From a virus (taxonomy: Duplodnaviria > Heunggongvirae > Uroviricota > Caudoviricetes): a stretch of DNA of 64,000 nucleotides. A program made the position numbers and the translations under genes. Positions within the stretch are counted from its first letter, which is position 1. Each line of letters begins with the position of its first letter. The notes under the pieces are model-generated. The model was not told the origin of the DNA and searched no databases. It worked only from the letters and a program-made list of their open reading frames with translations. Positions 29,801-39,500 of the stretch are shown here, in pieces. The stretch is from IMG/VR virus record IMGVR_UViG_3300028887_000066, positions 115,550 through 179,549 of that record. The stretch is one strand, 5' to 3'.

Positions 29801-30334
29801 ATGAAAAATCAGGAATTTAAAATTGATGCCGAAGCAGGTATCGTCGTATTTTGCCAAAAATCGCATGGTAATGTCTTTATTTCTAAGACAAAAGTAAGTG
29901 AAAAGGACAAGTTCAACATCGGTATCGGTCAATTGATTACAATGAAGCGTAATGAAATTGAAATCAGGAAAGCCGATATTAAATCAATGCTAACTGTAGC
30001 AGACGAATGTAAAGATTTGGCATATATCCACAATGGTAGCACGGCACGAAAATTGTACAGCAATTTTGCGCAAATCGCCGCTGAGAAGGTAAGTATGTCT
30101 CGTAATCACATCCGTGAGTTGAAACAGGATCTTGAAACCTTGTATAATGGCACTTATGAGGTTAAGCCATATGCAGAAATCCTCGAAAGTCATAAAGTTA
30201 TTCGTAATGGAAGTGAGGAAGACAAGGCAGAGTTGTTCAAGAAACCATATGCCGTACCAAAGGAAATCGTTGATGGTACACATATGTTTGAAATTGTAGG
30301 TGGCACTGTTAAGCTTAAGCCTATTGAAAAGTAA
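29801..30334 (+). CDS. Hypothetical protein
   Basis: ATG at 29801 with A-rich context. Confidence 0.75.
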   Translation: MKNQEFKIDAEAGIVVFCQKSHGNVFISKTKVSEKDKFNIGIGQLITMKRNEIEIRKADIKSMLTVADECKDLAYIHNGSTARKLYSNFAQIAAEKVSMSRNHIRELKQDLETLYNGTYEVKPYAEILESHKVIRNGSEEDKAELFKKPYAVPKEIVDGTHMFEIVGGTVKLKPIEK

Positions 30335-30362
30335 ATGGGTAGATTTTTCTACCCACAAAAAC

Positions 30363-30450
30363 GGAGAGTTGGGGGAGTGGCTTAACCCACCGTCCTGCTA
30401 AGACGGCGTACACCAAAAGTGTGCCGATGGTTCGAATCCATCACTCTCCG
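30363..30450 (+). tRNA. tRNA-Ser(GCT)
   Basis: CCGTC-CTGCTAA-GACGG. Confidence 0.95.
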
Positions 30451-30466
30451 CGAAAAATTATTATAT

Positions 30467-30539
30467 GGGACTGTTGGCCGAGAGATCAGGCGCAAGTTTG
30501 TGGCACTTGTTTACGTTGGTTTGAGTCCAACACAGCCCC
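30467..30539 (+). tRNA. tRNA-His(GTG)
   Basis: Loop TTGTGGC; encoded G-1:C73. Confidence 0.88.
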
Positions 30540-30549
30540 CAAATCTAAC

Positions 30550-30624
30550 ACTCTCATAACTCAGTTGGTTCAGAGTGCCACTCTTACAAAGTGGAAGTCA
30601 TAGGTTCAAGTCCTATTGAGAGTA
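30550..30624 (+). tRNA. tRNA-Val(TAC)
   Basis: CCACT-CTTACAA-AGTGG. Confidence 0.92.
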
Positions 30625-30635
30625 CGAAATTATAT

Positions 30636-30709
30636 TGGGCTGTAGCTCAGTTGGTCAGAGTATCACACTGATAATGTGAGGGTCGTGGATTCAAGTTCCA
30701 CCAGCCCAA
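30636..30709 (+). tRNA. tRNA-Ile(GAT)
   Basis: TCACA-CTGATAA-TGTGA. Confidence 0.92.
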
Positions 30710-30719
30710 CAATATTGAT

Positions 30720-30801
30720 GGACGTATGGGGGAATTGGTAGACCCGCCTGATTCAAAATCAGGTTTCGCAAGAAGTGCAGGTTCGAGTCCTGCTACGTCT
30801 A
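30720..30801 (+). tRNA. tRNA-Leu(CAA)
   Basis: CCTGA-TTCAAAA-TCAGG; variable arm. Confidence 0.93.
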
Positions 30802-30809
30802 CTTTTACT

Positions 30810-30891
30810 ACCCCTGTGCTGGAATTGGTAGACAGGTCAGATTAAGGATCTGATGCCGAAAGGCGTGCGGGTTCGAGTCCCGCCAGGGGTA
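30810..30891 (+). tRNA. tRNA-Leu(AAG)
   Basis: TCAGA-TTAAGGA-TCTGA; Leu-type D loop and variable arm. Confidence 0.9.
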
Positions 30892-30903
30892 CTTATATTA
30901 CTT

Positions 30904-31304
30904 GGGTCTGTTTTGGAATTGATACCAAGAATCGGGCGGTATATAAGCATGCAGGGTGAGTGGTCATTGCCCTTAAAATCATTGATCAGACAAATTAAAT
31001 GGTAACTATGAGTATGCTCTCGCTGCTTAATCGAAGTACAGTAGATTAATCGCTTAATCCTTACACAAGGTGTTCGGACGAGACATCACCCCAAGGTAAA
31101 TTCACGAAGCCGAGGAAATGGTGGTGCAGTAAATTCGGGAATAGTCACTCAAAAGCCCTATTTTGGTGATGAAACTTTAAGGGATAAGGGACGAATATGT
31201 TGTTCAGGTCGTATTTGTCCACGAATAAATCATTCTGAACTAAGCATGTAGAAAGTATATGGTTCACTTGAGTAGACGACGGTTCAACCCCGTCCAGATC
31301 CACA
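30904..31304 (+). ncRNA. ssrA: tmRNA, tag (A)GNYEYALAA at 31001-31030
   Basis: 5' GGGTCTG..TGGAATTGA; 3' GACGGTTCAACCCCGTC-CAGATCCA with G3:U; tag frame ends YALAA-TAA. Confidence 0.93.
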
Positions 31305-31307
31305 AAC

Positions 31308-31379
31308 AGGGGATTAGTTTAGTGGTTAGAATGCATGACTCCAAATCTTGAGACAACTGTTCGATTCGGTTATCCCCTG
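31308..31379 (+). tRNA. tRNA-Trp(CCA)
   Basis: AGGGGAT/ATCCCCT; loop CTCCAAA. Confidence 0.88.
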
Positions 31380-31478
31380 CAATTACTCCACCAAATTTTA
31401 AACTGATACTTGGACTCCACCTCCTTGTATCAGTATTTTTTTGTATTTTTATCATATATTAAATATGAATTATAACAT

Positions 31479-31772
31479 ATGAAGAAGAAAGTAAATTTAG
31501 TGTTAATAGCTGGAGTCATTCTTTTTGTTATTTGTGTCTTATTTTCATTGATCAGCTGTACCGATAATCAAATATCAAGGAAATTTGGCGGTACAACAGA
31601 AATCAGGTTAGAAAAGGGTCAGAAACTTCTTGAAGCAACATGGAAGGATAATAATCTTTGGTATCTTACTGAACCAATGGATGATGACTATACACCAAAG
31701 ACAAAGGTTTTCAGGGAAGACTCAAACTTTGGTGTATTGGAAGGAAAGGTACTATTTATTGAATCTAAGTAG
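31479..31772 (+). CDS. Phage lipoprotein/membrane protein
   Basis: Hydrophobic N-terminus with LISC lipobox; FGG...TWK...LWYLT pattern. Confidence 0.7.
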   Translation: MKKKVNLVLIAGVILFVICVLFSLISCTDNQISRKFGGTTEIRLEKGQKLLEATWKDNNLWYLTEPMDDDYTPKTKVFREDSNFGVLEGKVLFIESK

Positions 31773-31774
31773 CT

Positions 31775-31957
31775 ATGGTAAAAATCCTATCATTACGGAA
31801 AAAACCGACGGTAAAATGGACTAAACAGGTGGAATGCCCGATGTGTGGGGCATTGCTTGAATATACTAATCTTGACGTTCAACAAAGGATGTGCCAATAC
31901 AATGAAATAGATGATGTCATCACGTGTCCAAATTGCAATAAATGGTTTTGTATATAA
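31775..31957 (+). CDS. Small zinc-ribbon protein
   Basis: CPMC...CPNC. Confidence 0.65.
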   Translation: MVKILSLRKKPTVKWTKQVECPMCGALLEYTNLDVQQRMCQYNEIDDVITCPNCNKWFCI

Positions 31958-31959
31958 AA

Positions 31960-32109
31960 ATGGAGTTTAAGAATATTGAATTTTATAAAGCCATCATTGA
32001 TTGCTTGGCAAAGGTGGATGAACACCCCAAAGATATAATATGTAAATTACCAAGAACACGAATAGATGAAAAATTCTCTTTCTTAAAAAGAGAAGCCGAT
32101 AAAAAATAA
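31960..32109 (+). CDS. Hypothetical (49 aa)
   Basis: Manual ORF MEFKNIEFYKAIID... fills the gap in the operon. Confidence 0.5.
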   Translation: MEFKNIEFYKAIIDCLAKVDEHPKDIICKLPRTRIDEKFSFLKREADKK

Positions 32110-32118
32110 TTAAAAGAA

Positions 32119-32448
32119 ATGAACCCAAATAAGAAAAAGGAAATAGTCGAAAGAGTGATATTTAAATACCAGCTCTATAAATCGGCAATGCTTGAGTACA
32201 TTAAGAAGCAAAATACAGAAAAAGAAGCTGTAACATTGTCAGGCACTATGAGTGAATCGTCTGAAGATTATTACAACACAGCGTCTGAAATGCCTATGAT
32301 AAAACCAAACATCTATTATTTTATGGATGCCAATGAAAGGAAGGTACTCAAAAAAATAATGGAAAGAAAAGCGGGATATGAAAACGTAAACCTGAATAAA
32401 TTACCAAACAAATACAAAGGAAAGAATAATGGTACTGAAGTTAGTTAG
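32119..32448 (+). CDS. Hypothetical protein
   Basis: ORF in operon. Confidence 0.6.
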   Translation: MNPNKKKEIVERVIFKYQLYKSAMLEYIKKQNTEKEAVTLSGTMSESSEDYYNTASEMPMIKPNIYYFMDANERKVLKKIMERKAGYENVNLNKLPNKYKGKNNGTEVS

Positions 32449-32686
32449 GGGCTGCATATGTGACAGTATGACGGTGGATGATATTGAGGAGATAGACCTT
32501 ACGGATGAGCAGAGGGAAAAGGTAATAGAAACCATAATGAAAAACCTGAAGCCCGAAGATTTGAATTATCTCCTTCAAAAAACAATTCCGCTATTTGCGC
32601 AGGAGGAACATTTCGACGATGAACCATGCGAATGCTGTGGCGACTATGTAGAAGAATACATATGGACTATTGATGATGTAAATTGA
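32429..32686 (+). CDS. Hypothetical protein (CxC...CECC)
   Basis: ORF in operon. Confidence 0.65.
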   Translation: MVLKLVRGCICDSMTVDDIEEIDLTDEQREKVIETIMKNLKPEDLNYLLQKTIPLFAQEEHFDDEPCECCGDYVEEYIWTIDDVN

Positions 32687-32934
32687 GATTAAGAACAATG
32701 GAATTCAGGGTAAAATATAAGAAGGACTATTATGGCAACTATGCCAACATAGTACAGGCGAGGACATGGTGGTTTCCCATATTCCGTGACATATATTATG
32801 AAATTGAGGAATGTGACGGCAATGAATATTATCAAACTGCGTTTGCAAGTAGGGAACGGGCAGAGAAATGGATAGAAGAGAATCAATATGCAACGGATAT
32901 AAAGTTCTCCTTGTGGCTTGGGTGGTATTTCTAA
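32683..32934 (+). CDS. Hypothetical protein
   Basis: ORF in operon; start uncertain. Confidence 0.55.
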   Translation: MRLRTMEFRVKYKKDYYGNYANIVQARTWWFPIFRDIYYEIEECDGNEYYQTAFASRERAEKWIEENQYATDIKFSLWLGWYF

Positions 32935-32981
32935 AGATAATGTAAGCTGTATTTATAATTAGCATTAAAACAATTACGGAT

Positions 32982-33422
32982 ATGGCGACATTTGCTACGG
33001 CTAAAGAACTTTCAGCATACCTAAGAAAGGTCACAGTATCACAATACGAACCTCTTCCCTCATCGATACACACGGTATTGCAGCGTCATGGGATCAAACC
33101 TATTACGAAAGACTATAACGGACGTTTGGTAAAGGTCTATGATGTTAAAAACGCTAAGAGGATAATTTCTCAGTATATGTATGAATTAAAAAAAGAGGAT
33201 GCACTTACGAACAATGTAAAGGATATTATGAAACATAATTCGGATAATGTATCCAATACATCTATGCCAAAACCTCAGTATATACCAAGAAAGCATGGAG
33301 AGACCAATGCAATGCGTGAATTAGACAGAGAAACACTATACGAGGGAAAAAGAATATACATCACAGAGGAACAATTCAAGAAACTTGTTAAAAGAGGGTT
33401 TGTTAATGAAATGGCCTTATAA
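32982..33422 (+). CDS. Hypothetical protein with C-terminal IYITEEQF motif
   Basis: TATTTAT motif upstream. Confidence 0.65.
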   Translation: MATFATAKELSAYLRKVTVSQYEPLPSSIHTVLQRHGIKPITKDYNGRLVKVYDVKNAKRIISQYMYELKKEDALTNNVKDIMKHNSDNVSNTSMPKPQYIPRKHGETNAMRELDRETLYEGKRIYITEEQFKKLVKRGFVNEMAL

Positions 33423-33431
33423 ATAAATTTT

Positions 33432-33953
33432 ATGAAATATAAAATAAACTCATCGCATGGAGGACATTTGGGCATATACCCAAAATTCAACACAGATGAT
33501 ATAAACTATTTAATTGGAAAACGTATTATCAATAATCCTGAAGAACTGTCCATTAAGGATTGGAATCTTATTGATGGGTATGAATACATATGTAAACTCC
33601 ATAACGGGGATTATACGGTAATTGTAATATATTCTGATGGCGGAAATGAGCCGCATTTTCATATTGTCGATACCGAAACAATGGGGGATAAATTTGATTC
33701 TGCTATAAAGATTTTATCACCTGATTATTATACGCATTCAGATAATGACGCGCAAGATAAACTCACTTTGGAAATTGCAAATGAATTGAATGAAACACTT
33801 CATGATCCATGGGCCGATGGATTTTATCTTACAAAATGGCAAACGTGCCTGAAACTTTTCACCAAAGAATTTCATCCAGATGAAAAATATAAAAAATTTA
33901 ATATTACATTAAATACGAAACAACCTGATTATACAAAATTGATAGCTAAATAA
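33432..33953 (+). CDS. Hypothetical, DUF4160-like PHFH motif
   Basis: IVIYSD...EPHFHI. Confidence 0.5.
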   Translation: MKYKINSSHGGHLGIYPKFNTDDINYLIGKRIINNPEELSIKDWNLIDGYEYICKLHNGDYTVIVIYSDGGNEPHFHIVDTETMGDKFDSAIKILSPDYYTHSDNDAQDKLTLEIANELNETLHDPWADGFYLTKWQTCLKLFTKEFHPDEKYKKFNITLNTKQPDYTKLIAK

Positions 33954-34086
33954 AGATGGGTAGATTTGTTATCTACCCATTATGAATTTATTGTGATAGC
34001 AACATCATTTTCTGTGATACCCGAAAAATATCTTTAGTAACTTCCTTATTTAATATTGAAGTGAGACAAAAAATTCATAAAATTAA

Positions 34087-34572
34087 TCAAATATTTTTAT
34101 CAAGCCATTTCTTTACAAGCCAATCAACCGAGCTAACCCTGAGATTATCTATATCACACATGTTTAATTCACATAGTTCTTCCTCATCATACAGTCTTAT
34201 ACAATATGGATAAATCCTATCTTTCCCCTTCCTTATACTAAGAAGAACCATAAAATATTCATTACTATCTATTTTGACGGCTCCCCCCGTCAAACCGCTT
34301 CTAACACTTTTAGAAAGACCGTCTGAAGACACTCCACACCTCCAAGGTGATATTATCTCGCCGCCTGTGAAAACGGCTCCTATGGCTAATATGGCACTTT
34401 TATAAATATCATATAAGCTCCCTCCTGCCCTGATATGATAATACACATCCTTCACACTTCTCTCAGATAATCCCGTTATTTCCATAATACGTTGAATGAG
34501 TTTCTTTCCCTCTAAATAGGAAAGTTCCTTCCCGCTTAATTCAATAAGCGGCAAATGTGAAAAAATCTCCAT
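34087..34572 (-). CDS. Hypothetical protein
   Basis: 161-aa ORF. Confidence 0.5.
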   Translation of the reverse strand: MEIFSHLPLIELSGKELSYLEGKKLIQRIMEITGLSERSVKDVYYHIRAGGSLYDIYKSAILAIGAVFTGGEIISPWRCGVSSDGLSKSVRSGLTGGAVKIDSNEYFMVLLSIRKGKDRIYPYCIRLYDEEELCELNMCDIDNLRVSSVDWLVKKWLDKNI

Positions 34573-34665
34573 ATATATTTCCTTTTTCTCCTTATATAAA
34601 TACTGATAAACAGCCTTAAACAGGTATTTATTATTAATAATAAATACGAAAAAATATTAAGAACA

Positions 34666-36693
34666 ATGAAAACATATTTAAGAAATTTATTTCTCGCATT
34701 TACATGCTGTTTCGTTTTCGTATCTTGCGTAGAGGATAGTCTTTTTGATAGTAATGCTACCGACAAAACTACCTCCAATGCCATCAAATTCTATACATAT
34801 GAAAAGGGAATGACAAGGGCTGCAACGCAGATGGAAAACGCAAACCATGACAATTTCGGGGTATTTGGCTTTTATGAGCAAATAAAGACATGTAACTTGG
34901 CCGATTACTATATAATGGACAATTACCTTGTAAAATACTCGACCACACCAAACGGCTCCACATGGGGTGATGGAACGGGCAATATTACAGATAACCTTTC
35001 CTATTGGTTTTACGATGGTCTCAAGGAAGCGGACGGTGCTAAACAGGAACAATACCTCAAGTATTGGAACGGTTCAACCAATAATTCAATGTGGACTTAT
35101 TTCCTTTCTTATGCCCCTTATAATAAGGCAGTCGAATATTATCATCCTGAAGTCGGAAAAGATACATTGGTGCTTGGTTCCGTGTCTTCATTCTATATTA
35201 ATCCTGTAGAACAGGTTGATGGCATTACCCAAACAAACACAAGCGACATCATAAACGAAAATGAAATTCTTTTCGGTGGTAAATCGGTGTTTCAGACATC
35301 GTATGGTAATGATGTACAACTTCTTTTCTCACATGCCAATCCGCGTATAAAGATAGGCTTTTGGGAGGATATTCCAGGCTATGATGTAGAGCTTATAGAT
35401 TTCAGGCCCGTAAACACTGTTGTCGGAGGCCCTCAGTTTGTAGGTTATGATGAGGCACAGTATCTCAATAATGTTACGCCGCAAGTAAGGGATGCCAATA
35501 CAGGAGGTGGCTCTGTATATTTTAAAGGTGATGGTACTGTGGGTACGGGAAAAGGGTCGATTCATGAGTTTCCTGTAACATCATATTTCAAGAAATCAGA
35601 CTATCCTGATGGTATTACGGCTAACGACATTAAGGCATATATAGCCGATAAGCCAGAAGCAATTTGCGCAATCGCGTACAACCGATTTACGGCAAGTGAT
35701 GGAAATGATACATATTGGTATATTACTTGGTTCGGCTACGGTGATGACATAGATTCGGATTCTTGGATAATTGCAACACAGGAAGATGGTACTATCAAAT
35801 TCACAATGACAGTTGGCGGATACTCTTACGGAAGCCTCGTCGCCGTTCCTGATGAGGTGGTATTTGCCGACGGTTATGAGCCATCCTCTTCAAACACCGC
35901 GATATTTGATTATACAAATAGCCCACTTGAATTGTATTCTGATTTCCTTTTGGTTCCATCTCATCCTGATCAGGCAGCTTGGCCAACATCTGAGCAACTT
36001 AAAAATCAGGAAAACAGACAATATACTCAGGAATATGGAACTACAACAAAATATAATCCAGGAACGGAATTCTATGGTCAGCCACAATGGACAAATCTCT
36101 TAAAGGGCAATCAGGGTTTGGCATATTATACAAATAAGGCAAATGGAATGAAGATAGCAAACCTTGGCGACAGTATAATGTACTATGACGGAAAGGTAAT
36201 TGGTAAACCGTCACCTGTAACGCTTCATTTCAATGACACTACTCAGGTGTTGACAAATCTTAGATTCAAGAAGCCTACAGGCAAGATTTCCGAAATAAAC
36301 ACGGCTCCAAGTTACTCTCCTACATTATACTACCCTCTTGCGCATAACTATACAGAAGATAATGTTGGTTTCACACTCAAGGTTTCTTATAAGCTGATAC
36401 CGAAAGACGGTACTGCCTCTATCTTTGTGTACGATGCCCGCGTATATATCACACCAAACTATTGTAATTGGCAGAATGGAAAACAATACACATATATTAT
36501 CAAACTTACAAAGGATAGTAATGGAACGACAAATCCTGGAAAAGTTGATCCTTGTGACCCATCAACACCATATGTCGATCCAGATGACCCTCGCGTAATA
36601 ACTGATAAAGCCTTAAAGCCTATCGTATTCGAGGCAATAGTTGAAAACTATGACGATGGTAATATAGAATCGGAACACATTATTTCTGAATAA
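34666..36693 (+). CDS. Fimbrillin-like (type V pilin) lipoprotein
   Basis: Lipobox FVSC, MTRA maturation site, FGVFGF, QYLKYW, FLSYAPY, LLFSHA, WQNGKQYTYII, C-terminal PIVFEAIVENY. Confidence 0.8.
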   Translation: MKTYLRNLFLAFTCCFVFVSCVEDSLFDSNATDKTTSNAIKFYTYEKGMTRAATQMENANHDNFGVFGFYEQIKTCNLADYYIMDNYLVKYSTTPNGSTWGDGTGNITDNLSYWFYDGLKEADGAKQEQYLKYWNGSTNNSMWTYFLSYAPYNKAVEYYHPEVGKDTLVLGSVSSFYINPVEQVDGITQTNTSDIINENEILFGGKSVFQTSYGNDVQLLFSHANPRIKIGFWEDIPGYDVELIDFRPVNTVVGGPQFVGYDEAQYLNNVTPQVRDANTGGGSVYFKGDGTVGTGKGSIHEFPVTSYFKKSDYPDGITANDIKAYIADKPEAICAIAYNRFTASDGNDTYWYITWFGYGDDIDSDSWIIATQEDGTIKFTMTVGGYSYGSLVAVPDEVVFADGYEPSSSNTAIFDYTNSPLELYSDFLLVPSHPDQAAWPTSEQLKNQENRQYTQEYGTTTKYNPGTEFYGQPQWTNLLKGNQGLAYYTNKANGMKIANLGDSIMYYDGKVIGKPSPVTLHFNDTTQVLTNLRFKKPTGKISEINTAPSYSPTLYYPLAHNYTEDNVGFTLKVSYKLIPKDGTASIFVYDARVYITPNYCNWQNGKQYTYIIKLTKDSNGTTNPGKVDPCDPSTPYVDPDDPRVITDKALKPIVFEAIVENYDDGNIESEHIISE

Positions 36694-36753
36694 GACATAT
36701 ATTTATTAGGGTACTCAAAAAGAGTACCCTATTTTTTTTTATATATTTGTTAT

Positions 36754-38016
36754 ATGAGACATTGTGTATATTTCTTGCTATTGCTGTTTTCCGTAACTTG
36801 TTTTGGGCAAGATACCATAAAATATTCAGACACGATAAGATATACCTGTAAAGGTGACGTAAATTTCCAAGTCAATAAATGGGAATTGAGGAATGATTCG
36901 TTGCAAAAAAGACTGATTAATGACATCAGGCCCATACTTGCAAATGGCTTCGTTTTCGATTCTCTTTTTATAAGTGGAGCGGCATCTCCAGAAGGAAGCT
37001 ATCAAAATAACGCCTTCCTTGCAAGAAATAGATACAGGACAACTATTGATACAATACAAAACTATATAGGAACGCCTGTATACAAAAATGTGTCACTTTA
37101 TCCTGAAGACTATGAGCGTCTATTAGGACTTATGAGCAACGAAAATGATATGTATTTAGAATATGTAAGAAATGCAGTATCACTCGGCAACCCGTTTCTC
37201 ATAAAGTCGGCTCTTCAAAAAGACCGATATATATGGAATTATCTTTTAATGAAATATTTCCCGACATTACGTTCAGCGCAATATAGAATGTCGTTTCACA
37301 AAACAATAGAAAAGGAAATAAGAACCATACACGATACCATATACATCCATAGGATAGACACTATCTATATACCAATGCAAGGAACCGTAAAAAAAGAGAA
37401 GAGGCTTCCAAAGCTTTCAATAAGGACTAATCTTCTGTATGATTTCTTCTATATGCCAAATTTCGGCTTCGCCCCGTCATGGGACTTTCACGCTGAATAC
37501 TATCCATACAAGGGCCGATATACATATAATATAGGTATTACTTTTCCATATTGGAAAAAGTGGAACCAATACAAATTCTTCCAAATAGAGGACATCAATG
37601 CCGAGTTAAGGGTATATTACAAACATAAAGACTATACATACTATAATGGATGGTATAGCGGGATTTCCATTGATGCCTTGCGCTATGGGATAGGTTTTGA
37701 CAAGGAACGAGGATGGGAAGGAGAGGCACTTGCTTTTTCACTGACATCGGGATACGTATGGCAAATATCAGACAAGTGGAAAGTGCATTTCAGTGCAGCA
37801 TTCGGATGCCTCTATACCAAATATGACCCATACGTCTATGGAAACCCCTTCACAAGGGACGAAAGCAAAGACTTATATTATTATAAATACTATGGTTTGA
37901 AAGAGGATTTTGTAAAGAGAAACCATTCAAAATTATTGTTCATACCGACCAATATAGGAATATCACTTTCATACGATATACTTTTTTATAAAAGGTACAA
38001 ACTGTTAAGAAAATGA
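36754..38016 (+). CDS. OmpA-like plus DUF3575 outer-membrane protein
   Basis: ASPEGS...N..LA..R; C-terminal IRTNLLYD...PT..GIS. Confidence 0.8.
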   Translation: MRHCVYFLLLLFSVTCFGQDTIKYSDTIRYTCKGDVNFQVNKWELRNDSLQKRLINDIRPILANGFVFDSLFISGAASPEGSYQNNAFLARNRYRTTIDTIQNYIGTPVYKNVSLYPEDYERLLGLMSNENDMYLEYVRNAVSLGNPFLIKSALQKDRYIWNYLLMKYFPTLRSAQYRMSFHKTIEKEIRTIHDTIYIHRIDTIYIPMQGTVKKEKRLPKLSIRTNLLYDFFYMPNFGFAPSWDFHAEYYPYKGRYTYNIGITFPYWKKWNQYKFFQIEDINAELRVYYKHKDYTYYNGWYSGISIDALRYGIGFDKERGWEGEALAFSLTSGYVWQISDKWKVHFSAAFGCLYTKYDPYVYGNPFTRDESKDLYYYKYYGLKEDFVKRNHSKLLFIPTNIGISLSYDILFYKRYKLLRK

Positions 38017-39158
38017 AAAAATGCTTATCAAATATACTATTATTCGTCATACTGCTGCTTGTATCGTGTCAAATTGATCCTCCGCTTTATCTTCCAGACA
38101 AGGATAATGAGCCTGTAGATGTCACAATACCGATAGTGATAACGGATATTTCAGTCCTGTGGAACGTCAATTTTGAAGAATATATCGATACTGCATGGTA
38201 CTATGGATGGGATGAAAAGGATGAGAGGCTTTTTGGGGGTATGAACCCGTATACAATACCGAACACCTTCAACATAATTGACTATTATCATAATGGAACA
38301 GACGGGTCATATAACAATACGGATCATTTCATCGTAAACGGATACACGTTCAGAAGGCAGTACCGATACGGTAATCACGACATGGAGCTATGGAGCGAAC
38401 CATCCACACAGGACAATTCCACACAATACATAATAATCGATGAAACCGACAGATATGACATAAAGGCATACACAAACCATTCAACACACCTGAATAGTGC
38501 ATATAATCAGCCTGAAGTCATATATAGCGGAAACATCTATAACATCCATATAACACCCAATATAGAAGACTATGATTATTATGACCCTATAGAAAAGGTC
38601 TATGTGAAGACATTAAACACAATGCTTTATCCACTTGTATATACATATCTTATACAGGTTATACTGCTTAACAACAATGACAAGGTGATAAACGTAAGCC
38701 CTTCACCATATATAAGCGGTTTTTCAAACATAACAAACGTCATAGACGGAAATAATGGACATCGCAATGCTAACATATTATACACATCAAGATTCAAAAA
38801 GGAAGTAGACTATAACGGGGAGAAGGCAAGCGCATGCGGAAGCAAACTGCTCACATTCGGTAAAAGCGGGCTTATCGACGGTTACGGAAGACAGAATAAG
38901 TTCACAAGGGCCAATATTGAACGCACATATGACGATGTGGACAATATCATTACAATGGGTTTTAAGTTCTATAATGATTGCGATTCCGTATACAGATTCA
39001 ATGTGACAAAGCAAGTGAATGAACATCTTAATGGAGGCATCATTACGCTTGTAATTGATTGTGACACGCTGAAAACACCATACAGTAAGAATAACGGAGG
39101 AATATTCGAGCCATACGTAAAGGACTATGATGAAATAGTATATGACATAACAATGTAG
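38013..39158 (+). CDS. DUF5119/Mfa2-like pilus anchor lipoprotein
   Basis: Lipobox LVSC; LYPLVYTYLIQV, LLTFG, FNVTKQV, GGII, C-terminal PYVKDYD. Confidence 0.75.
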   Translation: MKKCLSNILLFVILLLVSCQIDPPLYLPDKDNEPVDVTIPIVITDISVLWNVNFEEYIDTAWYYGWDEKDERLFGGMNPYTIPNTFNIIDYYHNGTDGSYNNTDHFIVNGYTFRRQYRYGNHDMELWSEPSTQDNSTQYIIIDETDRYDIKAYTNHSTHLNSAYNQPEVIYSGNIYNIHITPNIEDYDYYDPIEKVYVKTLNTMLYPLVYTYLIQVILLNNNDKVINVSPSPYISGFSNITNVIDGNNGHRNANILYTSRFKKEVDYNGEKASACGSKLLTFGKSGLIDGYGRQNKFTRANIERTYDDVDNIITMGFKFYNDCDSVYRFNVTKQVNEHLNGGIITLVIDCDTLKTPYSKNNGGIFEPYVKDYDEIVYDITM

Positions 39159-39321
39159 CTAAGACGTTTTTTACGGGAAAAAATTTTCTTAGGGTAGGGT
39201 AGTACGCGGAAAAAGACACCCTACCCTATTTTTTTACTTTGAATTTTCATATGCTACCTTATTTTCAAAAACATGGAAAATTTTTCCAGAAAAAATTTTG
39301 GAGAAGTGGTTTTTGTCATAA

Positions 39322-39500
39322 AGGGGGTGGGGGTCAAAATGAAAAGGTCAAAAAATTCGGATAAATCTGAAACGCGAAACAGTCGCCCCCATATCGAATA
39401 CCCGTACCCAAGGGTGACGTAGAGGGGGGATACGTAGGAGGGGTATGAGGCAGGGGTACATAGGGAGGGGGTCACGAGGGGTGACAGAGGAGGGCCCCGT
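39322..39500 (+). other. G-tract-rich boundary element
   Basis: About ten GGG/GGGG tracts in AT-rich DNA, at the switch to the early-gene region. Confidence 0.6.

Noticed and set aside
27990-31400. Theta (HDV-like) ribozymes directly after tRNA 3' ends
   Set aside because: tRNAs are followed by A/T-rich linkers; I could not build the nested double pseudoknot by eye.
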